Assembly: GCA_051362555.1 (NCBI GenBank)
Contig: CM120644.1
Coordinates: 19,800,534 to 19,864,533, forward strand
Direction of reading: 5' to 3'
Origin: Lingula anatina
Lineage: Eukaryota > Animalia > Brachiopoda
DNA: 64,000 bases
Shown here in pieces: positions 1 through 11,159 of the stretch; within the stretch, counting starts at the first letter, position 1; each line of letters opens with the position of its first letter. The notes under the pieces were generated by a model. It did not search any database and had not been told where the DNA came from. It worked only from the letters and a program-made list of their open reading frames with translations. A program made the translations under genes and the position numbers.

Positions 1-1694
1 TTACCATCCTTATATCGCAGCTTGTTAAATTGCAAGATACAATTTGCAGACATACAGTCTTTTCCAAAAAGCACCCCTTTAATGCCTTCAGCCTGTTCAA
101 CATCTTTCAGTGCAGTCCTGCAGGATGTGGCTATGGAATCCAAAGGATGTAAATGGCAGTTTAACTCATTCAGAGACTTGTTCCACACACCACCCACTAT
201 ACGAAGAGCTGCATGATTGGCAGCACACCTGTCACTCATTGAGTTGGTAATGTTATCAATGAGACTTTGCCTTGTCTCTTGGTAATCGCTCCCATCATTG
301 AAATAAACATAAGTTTCTGCCATGCTGTCAACTGTCTGGCAAATGTGGCTGGCATAGTCTTCTGCTGTCCCACCAGCCAGTACATCAATTGCTGCAGAAA
401 AACATTCTTTCTTAGTGGTAAAGTGAATGCTATTTATATGGGTTCCTTCCTGAGTTGTAGCGTCAAAACCCAGGGTGACATTTTCTTCTCTAAGAACCAT
501 TTCAGAAGCCTGGAGTTCAGCAATTGCACCAAGTTCACGGGCCATTAATTCTACAGCACTTCTTTTGGGGGCAGGCTCTGGCTTTTGTCCTGGTTGTGTC
601 CCTAACTCCTCCATGATGACAGGAATACTTGCAGTGGGGACTTTATTTACAATGCAGACAAATACTTTACGGCGGGCTGATGATGAATAAGTCTTTAGGT
701 CTTGCTTATTACTGATAGTGGGATTTGCTTGCAGCTCATCTACCGTTTCTTGCAGCAGTAGATTTTCATGCTCAAGATTTATTATGGTTTCTTCCTTTTC
801 TTTTAGTTTACTAAGTAGTTTTTTGTACTTATAAAGCGGAACAGTAGGAACACGCTTCTTTTTTTCTCTATATTTCAAAAGATTATAATGGGTGTTTTGG
901 GCTTTGTGTAATTCTGCCTTTGTTTTTGCAAATTTAATATACATTTCATTTGAGTGTAGTTTTCTCTTCAAATCTCTGATGGTGGCATCTTTCTTCTTTA
1001 TTATCTCAATTTTTCTGCCAATAGCCTGGTTTATTACTCTCTTTGGTGTTTTCATTTTTTGTTTTAGTTCTTTGATGTCACCCTTCAACTTTTTCCTCAT
1101 TTCAGCACTTGAGGAAGTTAAAAATTTGAGCTGCTTCCGCATCCGAGCTTTTCTGGGGGTTAGTAGTTCAGTACTACTCCTGGTTGTAAATGATGTCGAT
1201 GGTTCACTGGGAAGGTTTTCAGGTGTGTCCTGTGCATGAGAACTTTGTCTGGTAATAAGCAAGTTATCTACAGTGCAGGGCACACTGTTATCATCTGGGT
1301 TGTTTCTAGCTACAGATGCCATTGCATGGTCAGAACTTGTGCTTGGATAGTCCATAGGATCAGTTAAAAGTTGGAAATGTTCATGGCATATACTGTGAAA
1401 GGTTTCAAACTCCTTTGGCTCAGTTAATTTTTTGAATTTATCCAATGTCTTTGAAACAATCCTTTTTATATCAGCATTTAAGGTATGAGTAAACGAATGG
1501 CCTACAAAATGTTCCTTGAGCTTCCTCTCAGTCTCTGCCCGGCTTTTGTTGGAGGTAACATATAGGTAAAGGACGTGTCCATTTCTCAGATCATCAGCTG
1601 TAGGAAGTGTTGAAAATTTATCCTGCAGCAGCATTCTTCCAGGGCCTGAAGGCCTTGGCGGTTCAGAGAGACTTCGCTTCTTTTTGGGGGGCAT
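1..1694 (-). CDS. DDE transposase of the CxxH (hAT-like) group, 5' part; open reading frame runs off the left edge of the window
   Basis: Manual translation from ATG at 1694 gives 564 uninterrupted codons: MPPKKKRS (NLS-like), a K/E-rich coiled coil, TLGFDATTQEG (1st Asp), MSDRCAANH (2nd Asp) and LNCHLHPL (CxxH). Absent from the ORF track, presumably because no stop lies in the window. Confidence 0.8.
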   Translation of the reverse strand, partial: MPPKKKRSLSEPPRPSGPGRMLLQDKFSTLPTADDLRNGHVLYLYVTSNKSRAETERKLKEHFVGHSFTHTLNADIKRIVSKTLDKFKKLTEPKEFETFHSICHEHFQLLTDPMDYPSTSSDHAMASVARNNPDDNSVPCTVDNLLITRQSSHAQDTPENLPSEPSTSFTTRSSTELLTPRKARMRKQLKFLTSSSAEMRKKLKGDIKELKQKMKTPKRVINQAIGRKIEIIKKKDATIRDLKRKLHSNEMYIKFAKTKAELHKAQNTHYNLLKYREKKKRVPTVPLYKYKKLLSKLKEKEETIINLEHENLLLQETVDELQANPTISNKQDLKTYSSSARRKVFVCIVNKVPTASIPVIMEELGTQPGQKPEPAPKRSAVELMARELGAIAELQASEMVLREENVTLGFDATTQEGTHINSIHFTTKKECFSAAIDVLAGGTAEDYASHICQTVDSMAETYVYFNDGSDYQETRQSLIDNITNSMSDRCAANHAALRIVGGVWNKSLNELNCHLHPLDSIATSCRTALKDVEQAEGIKGVLFGKDCMSANCILQFNKLRYKDG

Positions 1695-3631
1695 GATCTT
1701 TTATATATATTTAAAGATAGTTTGTCAATGAGAGGTGCGAGATATATATATATATATATGTATGTATATATTTATTCTTTCAGATAAAAAAATTATTATC
1801 ACAAAAATTATATTTCTGTACACATTTGTGGTGTTTTTGCTGTACAGAATAGAACTGCTTTTTAATTTTGTACTGCTCAATAGGAATGTTCTCAGTTTAA
1901 GAAATGAAAACTTTAACAATTTAAATGATTTGTTGTTATTTTTTTATTATCTACCTTTTTTGTAATTATTATCAGGCACTGTTTGCTGTTACTGTTATCA
2001 TTATTCACCCTATACTAGCTATCGTCATTCAATACATCCGCCATCTTGATTTTCGGTAAGTACCCATGGCACGTTTCGGACAAAAAAAATACCAGTTCTA
2101 ATGCTCCAATTGTAATGAAACTACGTCAGTTTTTAGATAAAAGTTAATACTCAATGTCCATATACCTAAGATTAGTGTCCATATGCTGGGTCACTGTTTT
2201 TGGAGACGTCAAAGTCCGGCAACTTTTTCAAACTCACCGCACACGAGAAATATATCACTGAAATGCAAAAATCGAATTCGAGGCAATAGAGGGGATTCTC
2301 CTCTACGTCATTAGCTAGGAATCACTGGGGTATTCCCAATGAGGACCAATCAGCAGTCCGACATTGCGGGCAACCCCTCCGCACATAGCGCAAGCACTAC
2401 GCATGTGCGATCTGAGAAAATGGCTGCCGCTTATATCGGAGATTGTAACATACCTAAATGTAGCCTTGTAAGTTACAGGGCGTGTCTACAGTCACGGCTT
2501 ACCACGTGGGTGCGTTGAATTTGCTTAGCTGTTCCTTTTCTGTCGTGATTACATATAATATTTTTATGCCTTTATGTGCCTGATTTGTGGCAATATTGCT
2601 GTCTTGACAAATAAGATTACGTCGTTAATGTCTTTTAATTATTTTGATTAATTAAATTTTTTATAAATGTAAGTTCAATAGAAGAGTCTGTATTCTTTGC
2701 ACTAGTATATAACTTCTACAAGTTACAACAGGGCCCCATTTCTCGAAAGCTTTGCTTATGGCGAGCGGGCGCAAGCATGGCAATTCCCCGCTTTCCCATA
2801 TCTCGAAAGCCTCACTAATATCGAAATCACCATTTGTTTCGAGGGTATTATTTGAGGCAATACAAGCTTGTCGCAATGGCCTCTGTGTATGCATAATTCG
2901 TCATTTTAATGTGTCTTTCCTGTAATTAAACATGGTGGCAAGTTTGGGTTGCTAGTCATAAAAGCATATATAACAAAACATAACAAAAACATTGAAGCTT
3001 ATAATAGATTGAATCACTCGGTACCTCTGATAAAAAAACTTGCAGTTCATATTCACGTGAAAAATGCTAAAGTCAGGCTCATGTACAAAACATGAAATGT
3101 GGCAAGATTTATGATAAATGGAATGTGAAAAGCCAGAAATGGAAACCATGGTATCAGGTAATTACATGGTCTCCTTCCCTTTCTCAACGAAGAAAAACTC
3201 ACCAGTAATCACCTCTTGTGTTTCTTTTGGGTTTAAGTAATTTTTGTTTTGTTGACCAGTTACTGTAGTTTTCCCCACTTCCCTCACATTACATCACAAA
3301 AGTGGACTTCAAGTAGTTACAGCCAACTGATGTGCCTAATATATAGCTTAATATAGATACAGGTATTAATATTGATCTGTTTTTTACTGCTGTAAGGATT
3401 TACATGTTCAAGTATCACAAAAATTGAAACAGATTTTGTAAAGTTAACATTGTTTTTTCTTTCAGTCTGGGAATAGTGCCAGTGTCAGAAGTCAGAGCTG
3501 TCACCAGTAGCCCCCACAATGTAAGTACATTTGGATTTTTTCATAGTCCAGTCACCAAAGTAGTTGGGACACTTGCCAGGTAGTATACCATGATTTGGAA
3601 TTTTCTTACAATTGATTTCTTCAATTATTAA

Positions 3632-3800
3632 AGGGATAACAACTGTTCTTTTTGGTCAATAAACAGATTTTCCCGGAGCAATCGAAGTTTTCCCATAATT
3701 ATACCTAAGGTTAATGAATCCATTCCTACATTCATTTCTATGAGCTGTTTCAGTAAATTTATTGTAAAAAATTAATCTTATAAGAACAGTTGTTATCCCT
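3632..3800. mobile_element. MITE with TTAA target duplication (Kolobok-type non-autonomous element)
   Basis: Perfect 19-bp TIR AGGGATAACAACTGTTCTT at 3632-3650 and 3782-3800, with TTAA on both sides (3628-3631, 3801-3804). Confidence 0.85.
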
Positions 3801-4486
3801 TTAAGATAATGTGTGTCCCCTCACTAATCCACTTCCCAGTCAGCCACTTGTGGTCATGAAGATGTCTGGAGATGTCACCAATAGACTCCCAGCATGACTT
3901 TATCTCCATAGAAACTTTATTCCCCTGGACCCAGTTGATTGCAGAGGCACCTGGAAAAAGTGGTGTTCACAGTAATAACTTGACATTTGTTTGCCAATAT
4001 TCCCTACGTGTATATGCATAATCAACTATGTAATTATTATTACAAATATTTAGAATATTCTTTTTTGCTTTGTTAATATTCTTTCTTGCCTAACAATGAA
4101 GATTTAAAAAGGGTGTTAATAGATAGGGCCTAACAATGAAGATTCAGGGTGTTGATTTTGTGATGGAGCAAAACATAATATTCTGTCTTCGTACTTATCT
4201 GATATATACTGCAACAAATCTTCTGGTTGCAAGCATGTTACAAGGGGTGCACTTGTTTCTGTAACTTCATCTTCAATATTATCTTCAATATTATCTGAAA
4301 AATATAAGAAAAATAATCCTATTTATCAAAATATTTTATGTAAATGTAAGTCACTGTCAGTGTTTGTATATATATTCTCATTGGTTTGTCTCTCCGCGTT
4401 GTAGCTGTTGCTGTCACTGTCAGACACATGACATATCCCATAACTGTCCAACTGTATTTTTGTTTTACTTTAAATTTACTGAGTGG

Positions 4487-4487
<1 letters not shown>

Positions 4488-4547
<60 letters not shown>
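4488..4547. repeat. Poly-T tract (60 nt)
   Basis: Direct observation. The flanks resemble 53391-53450, where only tttgttt is present. Confidence 0.95.
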
Positions 4548-4548
<1 letters not shown>

Positions 4549-4789
4549 GCTAAGAAGCAGATTGCAAATTTCACTTATCACAGAGAGGTAAAACAACATA
4601 TCATGGGGCCATGGATCAGTCGTAAAGTTATGTTTTCAAAGTCTAAGCAATAACTAAAGCAGATGTAGTGTTGAAGTTAAGTCAATCCTGTATAAATGCA
4701 CTTTTTACTTCAATGTATTTTCACAATTATTACCTTTATTTTTGGCAACTATGGGCCGATGTCTAGTGCCCTTCTCTTCTGGATATGGC

Positions 4790-5503
4790 CTATGCATTCT
4801 TCTTTAGTAATCTCAATGTCCGGACATAGGGCTGCTGTTGCTGGACCCTCCAGAAGGCTGAGCTGTCCCCATCCCCTACAAATGGATTGAAGCGTAACCA
4901 ATAAAGTTCCGTGGATTGACTGTATAAAACAGATGCACCCTCAGCTTCCATGGCCTGGGTTGAGCCTTCGTGGTTGCGAGGGCACTCCTCGAAGTGTTTC
5001 AGTTGAAAGTCAACCCCTTCCACCGTGGTGTTGGGCAGCTTTTGAAAATTGTCACATGTCTGACACATGGTACACATATAGTGAACGTCCAGAATTTCTC
5101 CCGTATCCACCGACATTGCAGCTACAAATCCATGTTTAGACAAGTTTCTGGTTTGCCAGGAACCATCGAAGGTAACCCCACAGTCCACAATTTCCCCTGG
5201 ATCGACATTGCTCCCTCGGAAGACCTGCTTCACGGGAAGTGGGGTGCCATCCATGCTTTCCTGAGCTCTCTCCCTGGCGCGGTTGCCTAAGGCCTGTGTG
5301 TAGAGACACCAACTGTTGTTTGCCACTGGAGCTGGCATGGAGAGGTACGCTGAAATCTTCTCAGCAGAAGTGTTCCCCCTTGCAATAGCTCGCATTCCTA
5401 GTACACTTGCCCTTTTGACTTAGAAATACCTCCCTGTCTTTCACGACGTAGAAGTCCAGCCTTCCTCTGGCATACCACCGCTTGCCGTGCATGCCCATCT
5501 CAT
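4790..5503 (-). pseudogene. Mutator-like (PF20700-type; Kolobok-like) transposase fragment
   Basis: ORF 4790-5395 contains VTFDGSWQTR..SKHG, DTGEILDV..C..C, C.RNHEGS...ME and FVGDGDSSAF. It is truncated and interrupted at about 5503. Confidence 0.75.
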
Positions 5504-7183
5504 GATGGGTTCTGACCATAGTTAAATAAGCTTGCCAGTTGCCTTACTTGTTTAAAACTCAGAAACTAGTGGTAATTAATCTAACGAGCACATGCCGGTA
5601 AATTTTAAATGACCTAAACATTAAAGATAATCGGTTTCCATATAGTAATAACCCCTTAAGGTAACTCGAGATAACTTGTCCTCTTATAGAGATAACCCCT
5701 TAAGATAACTTAAGATAACCTACAGAGATAACCTAAGATAAGCTTTGATCTCATAGAGATAACCCATTAAGATAACTTAAGATAACCTATAGAGATAACC
5801 TAAGATAACCTTTGATCCCATAGAGATGACCCCTTAAGATAACCTGGGATAACCTATAGAGATAACCTAAGATAACATGTTCTCTTATAGAGATAACCTA
5901 ATAAGATAACTTAAGATAACCTATAGAGATAACCTGAGATAACCTTTGATCTTATAGAGATAACCCATTAAGATAACCTAAGATAACCTATTAATATAAC
6001 CTAAGATAACATGTTCTCTTATAGAGATAACCTGTTAAGATAACTTAAGATAACCTATAGAGATAACCTGAGATAACCTTTGATCTTATAGAGATAACCC
6101 ATGAAGATAACCTGGGATAACCTTTGATCTTATAGAGATAACCCATTAAGATAACCTAGGATAACCTGTAGAGATAACCTAAGATAACATGTTCTCTTAT
6201 AGAGATAACCTGTTAAGATAACTTAAGATAACCTATAGAGATAACCTGAGATAACCTTTGATCTTATAGAGATAACCCATTAAGATAACCTAAGATAACC
6301 TATAGAGATAACCTAAGATAACATGTTCTCTTATAGAGATAACCTGTGAAGATAACTTAAGATAACCTATAGAGATAACCTGAGATACCGTGTTCTCTTA
6401 TAGAGATAACCTGTTAAGATAACTTAAGATAACCTATAGAGATAACCTGAGATAACCTTTGATCTCCTAGAGATAACTGCAGTAACATAGACGAACAGGT
6501 AAAAGAGAAATTAACTGAACATCACTTAATTACTTGCACAGGGAGTGCAAAACAACAGAAACGGGTAATTAGTGGTGAAAAACGGTTAATAGTAAAAAAA
6601 AAAAGGAGGTCATGGGGAAGCTACGCGAAATATCTAAACAGAGAACGTAACTTCGATCTAGCAACTTCTACAAGTTGTACTTACTAAAATTAGATAAAGT
6701 TTCATTAAATTCAGTTCCAAACTACATAGAAAATGGCTAATGACAGGCGGGTTACCCCCGCGGGGGCACCCTCTAAATAAAATCTAACTCACTGGTACTA
6801 AAGGCTGTTGATTCTAATTCTGTTGAAAGGGGAGTCAGCTTTTCGAAGAACCCACGCTTTGGCTCTGCAGCCCTATTTATAGACTCCGTTACGTCATGCT
6901 CGCGCTGCGGTCAAAGGTCGAAGGTCGCGACCTAACAGCATGGCCGCTCTGCATGGAAGTGTCACTAACTTGTGTATTGTAGATTTAGCGCCATATTTCC
7001 ATTATTTGGGATTTAAATGAAGAATTAACCTATGGGTTTAGTTGGATAAACTCTGGGACATATGTCTCTAAGGAAAAACGAAGTCTTAGGTAAGATTTAA
7101 TGTAAATCGTGCAGCACATGTTTACATTGTTTCTAATGATTTTAAATAGCAAATTCGTGGCTCCTGTGACCCCCTTTGTTACA
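5503..7183 (-). mobile_element. Long 3' LTR of a Gypsy-like LTR retrotransposon
   Basis: On the minus strand it begins TGTAACA directly after a polypurine tract and ends ...GGTCAGAACCCATCA at the junction with the interrupted transposase. An internal TGACGTAA and TATAAATAG lie at about 6870-6897. Confidence 0.65.
5630..6477. repeat. GATAAC-based hierarchical satellite (about 10-12 bp subunits, 67-bp unit, alternating variants) inside the LTR
   Basis: TTATAGAGATAAC recurs at 6264, 6331 and 6398 (67-bp period). Units alternate tttgatc and atgttctc variants, with about 5 AGATAA per unit. Confidence 0.95.
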
Positions 7184-7199
7184 CTGCCCCCACCCTTTT
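7184..7199 (-). other. Polypurine tract (PPT)
   Basis: Minus strand reads AAAAGGGTGGGGGCAG immediately 5' of TGTAACA. Confidence 0.7.
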
Positions 7200-7486
7200 A
7201 AAATTGATTCTCCTGAATCAAGAACAAGTACTGTAGGTAGATAAACACTATTTAAAAAAAAAAAAACGTGAAAACTTTATAACAGATGGCCATGAGTACA
7301 TTTTAAGTTATTGAATATTGTCCGCAAGAGTATTGTCCCTGTATAGTCTGTGAGAAGAGATTCATTTTTAGTCTAAAAAAATGATTACACTTTGCCTAAA
7401 AAAAAATGATTTTAATAGTAATAATAATTCATAACCATCATCTTAGATAAGCATTGCAGTCAACAAAAGAAATTTCTAACGATCAT

Positions 7487-7969
7487 TCATCTTCCATCTG
7501 GATAAATTGTTTCCTTTTCAGTGAACCTTGTCACCCTGCCATACAGGGTGGCAATGCTTGTGTTTGACTGATCTACACGTGCAGCAGGTAACTTCCTGGC
7601 AGGCATTGGTGTACTCTCACCATCCTCCACGTCCACGTCCTCGTCCGATGACCAACCTCCTGTTGGGGGCTCTGGCGTCATGTTCAGCCTGATACCCTTC
7701 CCACCTGTTGTCGGGCGTGGAGCTTTCCTTGGGGGCTCTTCTACTGGTGTTTCCTCAAGGAGGGAGGCTTCCTCCTCCCTCCCCACCATTACCTGCACTG
7801 GCTGGTGACGGGCCTGTTGGTGTTTCATCAATTCGCTTTCTGTGGTGTAGGACCTGTCGCAATTCTTCTCCATGCACTTATACGTTTCGTGTATGGCCGC
7901 TTCATGCCTCCTGCGGTTCGATCTTGAGGAAAAATGTAAACTGCAGTACTTGCATTTCTGACCTGGCAT
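7487..7969 (-). CDS. Two-finger C2H2 zinc-finger accessory protein in the retrotransposon 3' region (possibly prematurely terminated)
   Basis: CKYCSLHFSSRSNRRRHEAAIH and CMEKNCDRSYTTESELMKHQQARH. The likely ATG at 7969 follows a tttattttag acceptor, with a candidate donor at 8130. The tail is Pro-rich and acidic. Confidence 0.75.
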   Translation of the reverse strand: MPGQKCKYCSLHFSSRSNRRRHEAAIHETYKCMEKNCDRSYTTESELMKHQQARHQPVQVMVGREEEASLLEETPVEEPPRKAPRPTTGGKGIRLNMTPEPPTGGWSSDEDVDVEDGESTPMPARKLPAARVDQSNTSIATLYGRVTRFTEKETIYPDGR

Positions 7970-8429
7970 CACTAAAATAAAGGTGGATTTATTATTCATT
8001 TCATTTTATGCGTTCATAAGAGCACAGATAAGGGGGTAGGTTATTCAGTGATTAGTAAAAAAAAAACAAACAATTCTGCCAAATTCCTTTATAAATTTGA
8101 ATAAAATTAAGTGGATGCGGAAACTCTCACTCCTCCCCTTTCAGTGGCCTGGCTGCCTGACCTTTGGACAGCTCGCCTCGCCCTCCACTCTCAGGGGAGC
8201 TGAGAGCTTTGAGCACTTGAGCCAGCCGAGACAGAGTGCCACCGTCTGGGAAGGAATAGAGAGATCCATACATCACACCTGTAATCTACGGGCAGTAGCG
8301 TTTCAAATTGTCGTAGTGGACGACACAAAATTTGTTGCGATTTAGTCTAATTCGATAGATCAAATCCGAAATTCTCTCTAAAATTTCAAAAGGGCCAGAC
8401 CACTTCTGCTGTAACTTCGGGCTGAAGCC

Positions 8430-8650
8430 TTGCCTAAGGCCTGTGTGTAGAGACACCAACTGTTGTTTGCCACTGGAGCTGGCATGGAGAGGTACGCTGA
8501 AATCTTCTCAGCAGAAGTGTTCCCCCTTGCAATAGCTCGCATTCCTAGTACACTTGCCCTGTTGACTTAGAAATACCTCCCTGTCTTTCGCGACGTAGAA
8601 GTCCAGCCTTCCTCTGGCATACCACCGCATGCCGTGCATGCCCATCTCAT
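8430..8650. repeat. 221-bp direct duplicate of 5283-5503 (transposase sequence)
   Basis: Identical apart from three substitutions seen by eye. Confidence 0.95.
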
Positions 8651-8659
8651 TACACTACC

Positions 8660-9800
8660 ATAGCATGAAATATTTTACTTTTAATACTGCCTTAAATTCT
8701 TTAAATAAATTTTGATTTAAATATCCATTGATTTAAATTTCCCATTACAAATTTCCTACATATACATTGAACTACAAACCTTAACAACATGTATTCCTTG
8801 CCTTATTACCGTATAAAAACAAATTTTTATGGATACAACAATCCAATACAAACATTTCATATTTAAGAACATAATATTATACATATTCACAATATGGAAA
8901 CATCTTGAATCCACCTCAACATAGTAAGACTTTTGATATCTCCATTCTTCCAAACTTCTTCTGTCACAATCACCTATAACCAATAAAGATCAGATAAATA
9001 TAAAAACTAAAAATATATCATTACATCTTTTATCACATAAGTACTAAAATTGAATGATATAAATGATATAAGCTACATATTTACTCCACTAAATCCGTAT
9101 AACAGATATCCAAATTTCTGTCTTCAAATATATATAATAGTGTTATAAATAAAATCAAGAAAGTATCTCTTACCTCAAAGAAACCTTTTTAGTATAATAC
9201 AAAAATTCCATAACTTCCCCCATTTTCTTCAAACTTGTAACCTTATTACATTTCCCTAAGTCACCTGTAAACAACAATAAAATAATAAATCAATACATTT
9301 ATAAATACTTCCAACATACCATATTATATATAACTAAATATTAACTAAATAAAAACATATTATATACACACATAAAAAAATATACCCCTACGGATACATC
9401 TTCTGCTCTGCAATAAGAAAAAAGGAAAAACATCTCTACCATACACAAATTCACCTGAAATAATATCTATCCCTCATAAGAAAAGTAACTCTAAGCATTG
9501 TTCCGTGCTTATAAAGGTCTTTATCTTTTCTAAATTTTCTACCAAAATTTCTTGTGATTTTACATACAGTCCTTCAAAACCCCATATATTGAAAAAATAT
9601 ATCTAAACAGGTGCATCTTCTGCTCTGTAGCAACAAATACACGTTTTCCCATCCTCAACTTTACAAATTCCTTGGACCTCTTTTTCCTGCAACATTCCAA
9701 GATAATCAAAGTAATATTGTTTTCATAAAAAATAACAATTCCAAACATTTCTTACAGGATAAACTGCTCTTCATGCCTCCAAATTCCTAACCAAAATTTC
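8660..9800 (-). pseudogene. Highly degraded EnSpm/CACTA(CMC)-like transposase
   Basis: Minus-strand remnants in the expected order: ICC...DAP (~9620), a degenerate YMH.V.LGV-like stretch (~9320) and RRSLEEWRYQK (~8950, PRSL.E...WKA-like). Confidence 0.45.
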
Positions 9801-11159
9801 TGCTGAACATTCATACAGCTTTTTATCATTCCATTTTTTGGACAATTGCTCTAATACAAGCAGGTTTACAGCCTTTAAACTGTAATATTTTAAATGCCTT
9901 TTCGTAGCAATCAAGAGGGGTATCAACCCAATCACCTTTCTCTTTCATCAAAATGGTGCACACATTTTGGCCATCCATAACTTAAAAATAATCAATGTGC
10001 TTACTCCTGCTGGTGGTATAATACCAGGAGGCGGTATCGCCTCTCTGATCCTCTAGTTTTCATTTGCTTAATTCATTTTTGCATGAAAACAAACATTTAT
10101 CAATAAAATCTGTCCTAATTTCTTCAAAAATACAATGTAAAAATGGTTGACAAGTCAATAGGAAATTATTTCTATTTTTAAATATCTAACAATAGTCCCT
10201 CACCTGATAAGGGAAAAGACTTCTAGAAAAGCACTTTTGCTAAAAGATTCATAGGGCAAGACAATTTTCACTGTGAATGCAGATAATCAGTAAACATGAC
10301 AATTAATATCCATGACCTGAACGCTTTTTTGAATCACATTTTAGAAGCTTTACACTTGCAACTAATGTGGATGACGCAGGACCTAGCCCCTTAAAGTATT
10401 TTGCTATCCAGTGAACTTTACTTCAAGTTCATTGTTTTTTTTATTTCTCACCCACTTCCATTGGGATGTGGTGCTTCAATCCACTGCTTGGTAGCAGATC
10501 TGTGGATTTTTGTTTGCTAACTTGATCTCTCAATATACAAAATCAGAACATCTTGGGTAAGAGGCATTCTCTGCTCACTTGGGGTTGACAAGCAAAATGT
10601 GTTGGACCTGGCCTCGTCGACTTTACTAGCTTCCTTCTGGCTATTAAGATTGCAGACAAATTGTTCCATCACTTTTGATTTTCTTTCTGCAACTGGGAAG
10701 ACTGCTCAAAGACAGGAGAAAGCCTCTATGAAGTCACTATTGCCATAATTCATGTATATATCAAAAGCTTTCCTCTCTCCTTTCCCCAAAAAAGGGTTGC
10801 AGATAGTTAGAAGCACTGGAAGTTTTGGTATGCCAAGCATCGAATATTTGAATTCACTAAATGAGAATAGAATTAATGATTTTTTTTTAAGTGTGTGGAT
10901 GTTTCGATGTAACCTTGCCTGCCTTAAACATAGCCAGCCATCCTGTGTTTTTCAGCAGTTCCTCCAGTTAGTCCATGTATTGAATCTTTGTAGAAAAGTG
11001 TGGGTAGTCCTGCCAAAGATTTTGTCTATTCTCTACTGATACTGGACTAAGCTGGGAGGTCCACAGCTGGCTTCTCCCAGACTCTACCATCTGGATCTAT
11101 CACTATATTTCTTGCTGGGTCTGCTTGATACACCTAACTGTAAATCTGTAAATTTAAAA

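Noticed and set aside
22-1239. Short plus-strand ORFs in the track
   Set aside because: Antisense shadows of the long minus-strand transposase ORF.
4488-5395. Retroposed poly(A)-tailed copy of transposase mRNA
   Set aside because: No nearby polyadenylation signal or TSD; the poly-T flanks match another repeat that lacks the tract.
5630-6477. CRISPR-like array
   Set aside because: No unique spacers; it is a hierarchical tandem satellite in eukaryotic DNA with no cas genes.
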